Source of the DNA: a virus
Length of the DNA stretch: 64,000 nucleotides
Reading direction: 5' to 3' (one strand)
Virus record (IMG/VR): IMGVR_UViG_3300044691_000429
Span: 1 to 64,000 of that record
Part shown: one piece after another, positions 1 through 7,711 of the stretch
How the letters are laid out: every line of letters begins with the position of its first letter
Position numbering within the stretch: position 1 is the first letter of the stretch
Made by a program: the position numbers and the translations under genes
The notes under the pieces: model-generated
What the model was told of the DNA's origin: nothing
The model's input: the letters and a program-made list of their open reading frames with translations, nothing else
Databases searched by the model: none

Positions 1-20
1 GGGTGGTACCGCCGCAGAAA

Positions 21-276
21 CCCCCTCAGCACCCCCTTGGTCCGACGATCAGTACGTTCAAAGGGGTTCCGATGCAGGTCAAGAGGCTGTAGCGGTCATC
101 TCGTTGTAGTACTGCATGTTGAGCCACGCATGAGAGCGCCACCTGCTCCGTCGTATCGAGAGTGGGGCTGACGTGGGCATATCTAGTTCCCGATAGTTCC
201 CGGACTATCGGGATACCCCCGCTCGGTTCCCCCCTTGAGCCCCCCTTGGGCATCGGAGCCCCCCTCAGCACCCCCT
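21..276. repeat. Direct repeats CCCCCTCAGCACCCCCT (21-37, 260-276), a variant near 230-250, and inverted repeat CCCGATAGT/ACTATCGGG (189-212)
   Basis: Read directly from sequence. Confidence 0.6.
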
Positions 277-587
277 GGGCAACGCCCGTGACGCGTCCTG
301 ACGTGGTCCGAATAAGCAGCCGCCCCGCACTATGGGTCAGTGCGGGGCGGCGCCCAAACCCGCCCCATCGCGGACGCTTCCCAACGAAGACGGCGGAGCG
401 GGTAGTCCTGGGCGCGGGGGGATCGCCGCGACGCCGGCTAGGGCGGCGGAGCACCTGGGGACTCTGCTCATCTCGCGGGGTCTCGGCGAGGAGCTGGTCG
501 AGCGGGTGGGGCCGCTCCAGACCATGATCGAGAAAAACTTCAAAGTTGCTGTGGGCTAAAGATCATTTTCGGCACAGCGTTTACCGA

Positions 588-836
588 GTGCCTGTACAGC
601 CGCCGCTTCCCGACTGGGTTCACGTCCGACGCCGTATGTACGGCCGCCGTATCCAGCAGTGGCGCGAGCATCGGAGCTTGACGCAGGAGCAGTTGTCCGA
701 GCGTACCGGCCTGTCCGTGTCCAGCGTGCAGCGTGTCGAGGCCGGCGGGGAGATCCGATTCTCGGCGATCATCCTTGCCGCCGATGCGCTCGGTGTGCCC
801 ATCGGGACTCTCCTCTCGGCCGATCCGGGGGCGTAG
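588..836 (+). CDS. XRE-family HTH transcriptional regulator
   Basis: IQQWREHRSLTQEQLSERTGLSVSSVQRVEAG is a classic HTH_3 pattern; GTG start at 588 chosen. Confidence 0.85.
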   Translation: MPVQPPLPDWVHVRRRMYGRRIQQWREHRSLTQEQLSERTGLSVSSVQRVEAGGEIRFSAIILAADALGVPIGTLLSADPGA

Positions 837-1060
837 GTTGCCGCGAGCCCGCGGATTCCCGCCCCAGTACGGGGGCGTCCGGGGGGCGGGAAACGTTCCC
901 ACTGTCCCTCTACCCGCATAGACGCGTCCACCCTTCGGACGGGATTGAGGGCGCAATGCTGCCCCGGCCCCCGGGATTTGTCCCGCCGCCGCCCGACGGG
1001 GGCGACGAGCGACGGCGGGACTGGACCACCGGCGGCCATTGCCGTCCCGCCGGGGCCCGG

Positions 1061-1234
1061 CTATGCGGGCAGTGCGCGCCTGGTGCGGGTGTTCGCGGCT
1101 TCTGCGCGCGCCTGGTTGCAGGCTGCGGGGTCGGTGCACCAGGTGACCTCAAGGGGTCCGTGGTCGTCTTCGACGGGGCGGGTGGTCCAGTCCGTGACGG
1201 TCCGGTCGCAGCGGTGGCACTGGCGGGGTGTCAT
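1061..1234 (-). CDS. Small Cys-rich hypothetical protein
   Basis: MTPRQCHRC...WCTDPAAC; ATGA overlap with upstream ORF. Confidence 0.5.
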   Translation of the reverse strand: MTPRQCHRCDRTVTDWTTRPVEDDHGPLEVTWCTDPAACNQARAEAANTRTRRALPA

Positions 1235-1416
1235 ACGGGCTCCCCGTGCGGGACGTCGTGCGCCCGAACGGCCAGCGGAATGATCCCGTGGGCGCGGATG
1301 CAGCCGATGCAGGCGTAGGTGGGCATGCCGGGCCCGGAGCCGGTTTCGACGGCGCCGACGATCTGCGCATCCTCGTCCTGGACGGGGCCGTGGTGGATGC
1401 AGCACCAGCGGCTCAC
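1231..1416 (-). CDS. Small hypothetical protein (WCCIH...GSGPG..YACIGC)
   Basis: GTGA-coupled start; pattern resembles small Streptomyces phage proteins. Confidence 0.5.
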   Translation of the reverse strand: MSRWCCIHHGPVQDEDAQIVGAVETGSGPGMPTYACIGCIRAHGIIPLAVRAHDVPHGEPV

Positions 1417-1628
1417 GGGGTGCGCCGCCGTCCGCATGTGGGGCCGCAGGTGTGCCGCATTTGGGCGGACACCGTGGCGCCGGGGGCGTGGACGACGAGG
1501 ATCGTGCTGGTCTGCACGCTGCCGTCCTGACGGGTGACGGTGTCCGGCACGGCGGTCGACTCCAGCGAGGCGAATTGCCGCCGCGGGGGACTCACCTGCA
1601 TGGGGGTGTCGCCGGTATTCTCGGTCAT
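1413..1628 (-). CDS. Hypothetical protein
   Basis: ORF coupled to downstream gene; start uncertain. Confidence 0.35.
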   Translation of the reverse strand: MTENTGDTPMQVSPPRRQFASLESTAVPDTVTRQDGSVQTSTILVVHAPGATVSAQMRHTCGPTCGRRRTP

Positions 1629-1786
1629 GTCGGCCTGCCTCGCTTCGGGTCGTCCATCCCCCGGGCCGTGCCATCGGCTGCGGGGATTTTTCGTTCCCTC
1701 ACGGTACACCCAGCTATAGACCTCTGTAGAGGAGTGCGGAGGGATCTGGAGAGGCGTGCAGGTCAGCACGTATCTACGTTGATCGT

Positions 1787-2050
1787 GTGAGTGACGATCC
1801 GCGGGACCTCATTGACCACGAGTCGGGCCGGCCGGTGTATGTGCAGCTCGCCGATCTGGTGGCGGCGCAGATCGCGGCGGGCGCGCTGGTCGTGGACCGG
1901 CCGATCCCGGCGGAGTCGCGGCTGGCGGAGGAGTACGGGGTGGCCCGGCTGACGGCGCGGCGCGCTGTGCGGGAGCTGCGGGAGCGGGGCCTGGTGTACA
2001 CGGTCCAGGGCAAGGGCACGTTCGTCGCCGCGCCCCCGCCCGCCGAGTAG
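1787..2050 (+). CDS. GntR-family winged-HTH regulator (HTH only)
   Basis: PVYVQLADLV...IPAESRLAEEYGVARLTARRAVRELRERGLVYTVQGKGTFV; TACGTT-N6-GTG leaderless-type promoter. Confidence 0.92.
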   Translation: MSDDPRDLIDHESGRPVYVQLADLVAAQIAAGALVVDRPIPAESRLAEEYGVARLTARRAVRELRERGLVYTVQGKGTFVAAPPPAE

Positions 2051-2114
2051 TCGGCATATGCCGTCCCGCCTGCACGTATACCCCGCTGTCACACCCGGCG
2101 CCTAAGCTTGGATC

Positions 2115-2300
2115 ATGCCCCGCACTTCCTGTCCCTGCGCTGCCGCACGCCCTGTGCCTCCGCGCCCGGCTACCGCGGCCCGGTCGCTCGAAGCGGTGAA
2201 CCAGGAGATCCACGCTCTGGTGGAACGGGCTCCGCTGGCGGCCGCGGATCAGGTGCGGCTCGCGGGGCTGTACGCGGAGTGGCTAGAGCTCGCGGCGTAG
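2115..2300 (+). CDS. Small hypothetical protein
   Basis: TAAGCT-N6-ATG leaderless signature; followed by hairpin. Confidence 0.6.
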   Translation: MPRTSCPCAAARPVPPRPATAARSLEAVNQEIHALVERAPLAAADQVRLAGLYAEWLELAA

Positions 2301-2513
2301 GACAGCGGAACGCCCCCGCCGGCTCGACGGGGGCGTTCTGCGCGCGGAGTCTGTGACCCTTGGCCGGCCGATGGCCAGCGCGGGCGGCGCGCACCGCCTG
2401 CGCCTATCGTGCCACCGTCCCCGGTGCCCCCGGCGGCTCAACCAGCCGGGGGCGTGGCCAGCACGGCCGGGAATGGGACGGCCAGCCTACGGGGCGGGGC
2501 CGACAGAGTCGGG

Positions 2514-2951
2514 TCAGACCTCGGACCTCGAGGCCCGGTCGGCCTGCTTCCACATTTCCTCGCCGCGCAGTCCCTTGTCGATGGCATCCCCGAGGGCCGT
2601 GTCGTATGCCTTGGCGCGATTCTTCGGCCGCCCGTACTTCTCGAGCAGCCGGTAGAGCCGGGACGGGGGCATGGCGGCGGCGATGGCGATGCCCTTGCGG
2701 TCGGCGAGCGGGTGGGTGGCGTCGGCTTTGACGATGGCCAGCTCGCGGAACGCTTCGAGGTGCTGGATGACGCGGGTGGTCTGGGCGATGGTGCCGACGA
2801 GTTCGTTGTACTCGGTGGCGTGGCGCGGGGACGTGGCCAAGACGTTGTTGCGCAGCGCGGCGAGGAGGTGGTCGGCGAGGTCGGGGGCGATGTCGAAGAC
2901 GGGCTGCTCGGTGCCGTCCTGGTCGCAGATCTTGGCGTATCGCTTCTTCAT
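2514..2951 (-). CDS. Hypothetical protein, possible C-terminal HTH
   Basis: TAGTGT-N7-ATG; RKGIAIAAAMPPSRLYRLL resembles an HTH. Confidence 0.6.
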   Translation of the reverse strand: MKKRYAKICDQDGTEQPVFDIAPDLADHLLAALRNNVLATSPRHATEYNELVGTIAQTTRVIQHLEAFRELAIVKADATHPLADRKGIAIAAAMPPSRLYRLLEKYGRPKNRAKAYDTALGDAIDKGLRGEEMWKQADRASRSEV

Positions 2952-2971
2952 GGTGCGAACACTACTCGCAT

Positions 2972-3081
2972 CGCGTTCGCTACACAACTCGAGCAGACTT
3001 CAGCAGCGAACTAGCAGGTGGCAAGACTATGGCGCCGGCCGGTTCTGCTCGAGCTCAAGCGCGTTCGCTACACGACTCGAG
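2972..3081. repeat. 22-bp direct repeat CGCGTTCGCTACAC(A/G)ACTCGAG (2972-2993, 3060-3081)
   Basis: One mismatch; lies between divergent genes. Confidence 0.75.
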
Positions 3082-3146
3082 TCCGCGAACCCTGCCCGTC
3101 GGGTGCGGCCCGAGCCCCGGCAACCGTGCCCCGGTATCCTCGCCCG

Positions 3147-3407
3147 GTGGCTGATGAACCTGAGATCCCCGCTGACCTGATCGCTCTCCAGCGCCGTTTT
3201 GACGCCGCGCACGCCGCGGTGGTGGCCGCGTCCGCCCACCCGGGCCCGGTTGCCGACTGGCCGGCGGACGCGGTGGCCGAGCTGCGGCGGGCCCGGGAGG
3301 CGGAGCGGCAGGCGACGGTGGACCTGTACCGGGCGCGGGAGGGGACGCCGTTCGCCGCGTACCCGGCGCAGGAGCGGCTGCGGGACGCGGCGGCCGAGCA
3401 GGGGTGA
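3147..3407 (+). CDS. Hypothetical protein
   Basis: TATCCT-N6-GTG; IPADLIALQRRFDAAH helical protein. Confidence 0.6.
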   Translation: MADEPEIPADLIALQRRFDAAHAAVVAASAHPGPVADWPADAVAELRRAREAERQATVDLYRAREGTPFAAYPAQERLRDAAAEQG

Positions 3408-3505
3408 GGCGGGGCCTGTCCGCCACCGGGCTCACTCCCTATTTGTGTGCGTATGCCGCATTCGGGCACCCGACCTAGGGCAACCCCCAAGGAACGGAGC
3501 CAGCC

Positions 3506-3790
3506 ATGGTCATCAAGAAATTGCACGACATGGGCCTGCGCAGCGAGCACGCCTACCTCGCCGCGTTCGCCTCCATCGGCATGACGGTCTTCACCTGGGC
3601 CGGATCCCTCAAGGCCGATCCCAGCGCCGACCTCGCCCGCGCCGACCGGTGGGGAATTTTCGTCGGAGAGTGGGCCCCCACGTTCTTCGGCCTCGGTCTC
3701 GCGCTGTCGCAGTTCGAGCAGCAGGACGGGACGCTGGAAGAAGCCGGCGTCCCGCACATTCGCGAGGCGAAGGAGCGGGCGGCGTCCTGA
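3506..3790 (+). CDS. Small membrane protein
   Basis: GGAG RBS, GC3-rich codons, two hydrophobic segments (…ADRWGIFVGEWAPTFFGLGLAL). Confidence 0.75.
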   Translation: MVIKKLHDMGLRSEHAYLAAFASIGMTVFTWAGSLKADPSADLARADRWGIFVGEWAPTFFGLGLALSQFEQQDGTLEEAGVPHIREAKERAAS

Positions 3791-3811
3791 CGGACATGGC
3801 AGCGACGACGA

Positions 3812-3838
3812 AGCCCCCGGCCGGGGGGGTCGGGGGCT
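3812..3838. terminator. GC-rich hairpin between convergent gene and CRISPR-like array
   Basis: AGCCCCCGGCC ... GGTCGGGGGCT inverted repeat. Confidence 0.6.
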
Positions 3839-4038
3839 GTCGTAACCCCGCAGGTGCGGGGAGCAGGGTCATCCACCGACAGTTAGCCGGTTCATCCCCG
3901 CATGCACGGGGAAGGGCGGTGCTGTGAATCTGGACCACTCATCGGGATCGGTCCACCTCCGCCTGCGCGGAGAGAGGTTGCGCTATGGATCTGCGCCACC
4001 AGCCAGAACCGGTACACCCCCGCGCGAGCGGGGAGTTC
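3838..4038 (-). CRISPR. Orphan degenerate type I-E-like mini-array: 4 repeats, 3 spacers (32, 32, 21 nt)
   Basis: Minus-strand 29-nt repeats GAACTCCCCGCTCGCGCGGGGGTGTACCG (4038-4010), CCTCTCTCCGCGCAGGCGGAGGTGGACCG (3977-3949), CCCTTCCCCGTGCATGCGGGGATGAACCG (3916-3888), CTGCTCCCCGCACCTGCGGGGTTACGACA (3866-3838); 61-bp period for the first three; no cas genes recognised in window. Confidence 0.85.
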
Positions 4039-4040
4039 GC

Positions 4041-4069
4041 CAACCGGGGCGGGCTTAACGCCCCGGTTG
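4041..4069. repeat. Perfect 11-bp hairpin just upstream of the array
   Basis: CAACCGGGGCG-ggcttaa-CGCCCCGGTTG. Confidence 0.8.
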
Positions 4070-4146
4070 AACGCCTTCACCCTAGCGTGCCATGTCGTCC
4101 GGCGGGGTCGGAATGCCTCAAGAGCGAGGCACTGTCAGCGAACCTC

Positions 4147-4176
4147 TTGACGCTTCCTATTTTAGGAAGCTACGGT
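4147..4176 (+). promoter_or_regulatory. Housekeeping-type promoter with palindromic operator in the spacer
   Basis: TTGACG (4147)-N18-TACGGT (4171); GCTTCCTA-ttt-TAGGAAGC at 4152-4170. Confidence 0.8.
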
Positions 4177-4228
4177 TACGCCATCGGGTCAGGGGAACAG
4201 CCCCAGACCCCGCCGGAAGGAACCGGAC

Positions 4229-5218
4229 ATGACCAGCACCGTCCGCATCATCCCCTGCACCGAACCGGCCGGCCTGCACCGGCACTTCGGCCAGGAGGGC
4301 GAGGCCCAGCCCTGCTACATCGAACTCGACCTCCGTGCGGACACTCTCCTTGCGACCGTGGACGTCGAAGTCGGCGGCGCCGTCCCGTTCTCGACCCACT
4401 ACGGCTTCGAACGCCGCTACGGCATTCCCGTCCTCACCGCCGAGGCGGCGAACCGTGCGATGGAGGCGCTGCGGCCCTTCGCGGAGCGGATCCTCGCCGA
4501 CTGGGAGGAGCACTGGAACGGCGAAAACATGGTCGCCCGCCTCGGAGAGGACGCCAAGGCCGCCGAGAGCGCCATCTCCGACCACCTCGGCCTCGGAGAA
4601 GCTTCCTACGGCGGTGAGGGCGTCTTCGACGCGTCCGACCTGGTTGCGGAGTGGGACCTGGAAGGCGCTGTCAACGGCCTGGAGGCCGACGAGTACGACA
4701 TCATCGCCGACACCACGGACGACCGCCTCGCGGAGATCGCCTCCGAGATCACCGAGGGTCTTGCGGCGAGCGGAGAGAGCAGCGTGGCCGTCGTCCACGG
4801 CCTGGACGAGTACCTCGCGGAGATCCGCGACGGCCTTGCCGAGGCGGAGCGGATGAGTGACGCCGAGTTCCGGGTGCTGCGGGAGTCCCTCGGGCTGACC
4901 GCGGACTGGCTCGCCGGGCACCTGTCCGTCTCGAACCGCACCGTCCGCCACTGGGAGCAGGGCAAGTACCCGGTGCCCCACGGCGTCGGCAAGACCCTGC
5001 GCGACCTGGAGGAGGAGACCGCGGCCCTGGTGAAGGAGACCGCGGACGAACTGCTGGAGGACTACGCGACCGGCCCGCAGCCTGAGATCACGGTGTACCG
5101 CACGGACGAGGCGTACCTCGCCAGCGACCCGGAGCCGGTCCGGTCTGCGTCGTGGCACCGCGCGTTCGTCGCCCGCGTCGCACAGCAGGCGCCGGTGACC
5201 ATCACCTACGACGCCTGA
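4229..5218 (+). CDS. Acidic N-terminal domain fused to Aca2/YdiL (DUF1870)-like HTH repressor; candidate Acr-Aca fusion
   Basis: C-terminal MSDAEFRVLRESLGLTADWLAGHLSVSNRTVRHWEQGKYPVP...YRTD...ASWHRAFVARV from 4853; N-terminal 208 aa D/E-rich, unrecognised. Confidence 0.75.
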   Translation: MTSTVRIIPCTEPAGLHRHFGQEGEAQPCYIELDLRADTLLATVDVEVGGAVPFSTHYGFERRYGIPVLTAEAANRAMEALRPFAERILADWEEHWNGENMVARLGEDAKAAESAISDHLGLGEASYGGEGVFDASDLVAEWDLEGAVNGLEADEYDIIADTTDDRLAEIASEITEGLAASGESSVAVVHGLDEYLAEIRDGLAEAERMSDAEFRVLRESLGLTADWLAGHLSVSNRTVRHWEQGKYPVPHGVGKTLRDLEEETAALVKETADELLEDYATGPQPEITVYRTDEAYLASDPEPVRSASWHRAFVARVAQQAPVTITYDA

Positions 5219-5235
5219 TCCTGCCGACTGCAGAA

Positions 5236-5278
5236 ACGACGCCGCCCCCGTTGGATGCCCCGACGGGGGCGGCGTCGT
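5236..5278 (+). terminator. Hairpin terminator
   Basis: ACGACGCCGCCCCCGT / ACGGGGGCGGCGTCGT perfect 16-bp stem. Confidence 0.75.
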
Positions 5279-5290
5279 ACCGAGCTACGA

Positions 5291-5306
5291 TCGAACGCGT
5301 GTCCGA
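5291..5306. promoter_or_regulatory. Putative actinobacterial LexA (SOS) box
   Basis: TCGAAC-gcgt-GTCCGA, one mismatch to TCGAAC-N4-GTTCGA; overlaps TACGAT -10 and GTG start. Confidence 0.6.
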
Positions 5307-5676
5307 CCCATCCCCTCCCCCTCCCCGCGTCTCGGTCACCCTCCCCGGTGGCCGCACGGTGTCGGGCCGCCTCCTCTGCTGGCGCCAGACGGCGGACGGG
5401 ACGTGGCACCCCGAGGTGGCGCTGACTGTCCCCGCGGCGGCCGTGACCCCGGTGGACGGCGAGGACTACAGCCAGGTGCCCCGCGAGCCGGCCGAACCAC
5501 CGGCGCCCATATGGACCATCGCCCCTGTGGGCCGCGCGGACGACGGGCCCCGCGAGGTCCACGATGCGGCCCGCTGCTGGCTGGTCCGCGGCGGCCGTAC
5601 CGTCACCCTGGCCGAGGCCCGCGCCGCCATCGCCCAGGGCGTCCCGGGCTGCACCGTGTGCCGGCCGGAGCCCTGA
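5299..5676 (+). CDS. DUF6233-like protein
   Basis: VHDAARCW...EARAAIAQGVPGCTVCRPE C-terminal motif. Confidence 0.7.
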   Translation: MSDPSPPPPRVSVTLPGGRTVSGRLLCWRQTADGTWHPEVALTVPAAAVTPVDGEDYSQVPREPAEPPAPIWTIAPVGRADDGPREVHDAARCWLVRGGRTVTLAEARAAIAQGVPGCTVCRPEP

Positions 5677-5806
5677 CACGCCGGCGCCCCGCTGGCCATG
5701 GGGGTGCCAGCGGGGCGGGGCGAGGGGGGTGGGGCGAGCCTGGCACCGAGCGGGGTGGCGGGCGGTGGGGATGCGGGGGAATGCGACGAAGGGCGTAGGG
5801 GGTGGG

Positions 5807-6073
5807 TCAGGCAGGCGGGGTGGGGGTGGCCGGGTGGTCGACGCGCCCGAGGACTTCCTGGCAGCAGCACCCGTCGATCGGGCCCCAAGACGGACAGACG
5901 CTGGTGATGCCCGCCTTGTGACCGCAGGGCTCGTTCCAGAAGCTCTCGTCGCAGCCGCACTTGTCGCTGTCGTGCCAGGCCGGAACGGGCTGCTTGCACT
6001 GGTCGCAGACGAGGTGCGGGTTGGCGAAGGCGATCTCGGTGTGGGTTCGGGTGTGCGTGCGCGTGATGGTCAC
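5807..6073 (-). CDS. Cys-rich hypothetical protein
   Basis: GAGGAG RBS; multiple CxxC/CxC. Confidence 0.65.
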   Translation of the reverse strand: MTITRTHTRTHTEIAFANPHLVCDQCKQPVPAWHDSDKCGCDESFWNEPCGHKAGITSVCPSWGPIDGCCCQEVLGRVDHPATPTPPA

Positions 6074-6076
6074 GAT

Positions 6077-6271
6077 TCAGCTCTCCTCGGGCGGGGTGGG
6101 GGTGGGCTCCGGGTGTGTCGTCATGAGGTCGCTCTCCGACCACTCTCCGAGGGCTTCGTCTTCGTGCCGGTCGGCTGGTTGGTGGCCGCGCGGTAGGAAG
6201 CACACCGCGTCGATGGCCTCAATGTCCGGCCAGAAGACGGTACGGGCGCCGCACGCCTCTTTCTCGGTCAT
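6077..6271 (-). CDS. Hypothetical protein
   Basis: Coupled ORF (C...C.LPRGH motif). Confidence 0.6.
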   Translation of the reverse strand: MTEKEACGARTVFWPDIEAIDAVCFLPRGHQPADRHEDEALGEWSESDLMTTHPEPTPTPPEES

Positions 6272-6501
6272 GGCGTCCCCTTCTTCGGTCCCGGCTTGGC
6301 GGGCTCGATGCCTGCGAGGCGGGAGAACTTGCGGACATAGGCGGCTGTGAACGGGGAGTGGTTGACCACGTCGGTGGGGCGCTTGTCCGCCTTGAGGGCT
6401 GCGATCACGGCGTCGATCGCCTGCCGACGAGCCTCTTCGTGCGCCGCTTCCGTCTCTCGATAGCGACTCGTGGCCTGATCAAGGGCCTCCAATTCATCCA
6501 T
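6268..6501 (-). CDS. Small HTH-like DNA-binding protein (paralog of 15291-15587)
   Basis: RPTDVVNHSPFTAAYVRK..AGIEP; TACTCT-N7-ATG. Confidence 0.65.
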   Translation of the reverse strand: MDELEALDQATSRYRETEAAHEEARRQAIDAVIAALKADKRPTDVVNHSPFTAAYVRKFSRLAGIEPAKPGPKKGTP

Positions 6502-6502
6502 G

Positions 6503-6591
6503 CGCAACAGAGTATCGCAACAGGGTTGCGCGGTCACTCCCTAGCGCGCTACTTTGAATCGCAACAAAGAAGCGATTGCATAAAGCGCAAC
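6503..6591. promoter_or_regulatory. Divergent promoter region with CGCAAC-N3-GTTGCG operator and extra CGCAAC half-sites
   Basis: Palindrome at 6516-6530; half-sites near 6503, 6560, 6586. Confidence 0.65.
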
Positions 6592-6602
6592 AGGGGGACC
6601 CG

Positions 6603-6923
6603 ATGACCCGCACCGCCCGCCGCACGATCCGCAGCATCCGCCGCAGCATCCGCGCCGCAGTCCAGGCCGGTCAGAAGCTCGTCACCGCCGTGCGCGGGGC
6701 GAGGTTCGGCGTGCTGGTCGCCCTGTTCGCCGCGATCGACCGGGGCGCCACCGTGCGGATCGGCTACGTCGACTCCAAGGGCGTCGCCTCCGTCCGCGAC
6801 ATCACCCCGCACCGCCTCGACCCCACCACCGCCGGGAACATCACCTGCCGCGCGTTCGACCACCGCGACGGCGAGGACACCACGTTCCGGGTCGACCGGA
6901 TGACCAGCCTGGGGGTCGGTTAG
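6603..6923 (+). CDS. Stand-alone WYL-domain protein
   Basis: AIDRGATVRIGYVDSKGVASVRDITPHRL...RAFDHRDGEDTTFRVDRM. Confidence 0.85.
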   Translation: MTRTARRTIRSIRRSIRAAVQAGQKLVTAVRGARFGVLVALFAAIDRGATVRIGYVDSKGVASVRDITPHRLDPTTAGNITCRAFDHRDGEDTTFRVDRMTSLGVG

Positions 6924-6947
6924 GCCGAGTTCAACGCGGTCGCCGAA

Positions 6948-7169
6948 GTGATCCCCGCGCCCTTCAAGTTCGCCGCACACCTGACCCCCGGCGACCGGAT
7001 CGCGCTGCACGGGTCGGATCAGACCGTCGCCTACGTCGAAAACTGGAGCGGACCGACGGCCGCCGTGTTCACCGACGTCACCGGCGACGACCCGTGGCTC
7101 CTCGACCCGGGCGCCCACGTCACCATCTGCCTCGCGCAGGAGATCCGATTTCCCAACCGCCCCGCCTGA
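6948..7169 (+). CDS. Hypothetical protein
   Basis: GC3-biased ORF in operon. Confidence 0.55.
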   Translation: MIPAPFKFAAHLTPGDRIALHGSDQTVAYVENWSGPTAAVFTDVTGDDPWLLDPGAHVTICLAQEIRFPNRPA

Positions 7170-7203
7170 TCCCCCACCCGCCTAACGAAACCGAAGGCGC
7201 ACC

Positions 7204-7617
7204 ATGGACCAAACTTCGCGCGCCGCCTACGACCTCGTCCGGTCCTCCTGGATCGACCTGATCCGCCAGCATGGCTGGTCCGAGATCTACAACCGCGCGG
7301 AACTCGACCGGGCCCGCTCCCACTGGCGACAGTTCACCGACGGGGACGACTGGGTCGAGGCCGGGATCACCGCCCACCGCGCCCACTGGGACGGCTCCTG
7401 CAACCGCCCGACGTGCCAGCTCCACGGGGAGACCGAGCCGGCCGCCGCCGAGGACGAGGGCGACGGCGACTGGGGCGCCCCGGGACCGCTCAGCCTCGGC
7501 GACAGCTACCGGCCGGAGACCGACCCGGTGAAGATCCGCGTCCAGGAAGAAAACCTCGCCCGACTGCGCGCCCGGATGCGGGGGCTCCACGAGGAACAGG
7601 CGACTTGGACCCCCTAA
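7204..7617 (+). CDS. Hypothetical protein
   Basis: GAAGG RBS, GC3 bias. Confidence 0.65.
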   Translation: MDQTSRAAYDLVRSSWIDLIRQHGWSEIYNRAELDRARSHWRQFTDGDDWVEAGITAHRAHWDGSCNRPTCQLHGETEPAAAEDEGDGDWGAPGPLSLGDSYRPETDPVKIRVQEENLARLRARMRGLHEEQATWTP

Positions 7618-7711
7618 CCCCCACCCCCGTCCCGGCCGTCTCCCCCAAGCGCGCGGCCGGGTCGGGTGGGGGGTGGCTGACCCGCTGACTGAGAAGGAAG
7701 GACCACCCGTC

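Noticed and set aside
4071-4099. Expected position of a fifth CRISPR repeat
   Set aside because: No stem or handle similarity
3892-4150. Short ORFs across the array
   Set aside because: No RBS or codon bias; explained by repeat structure
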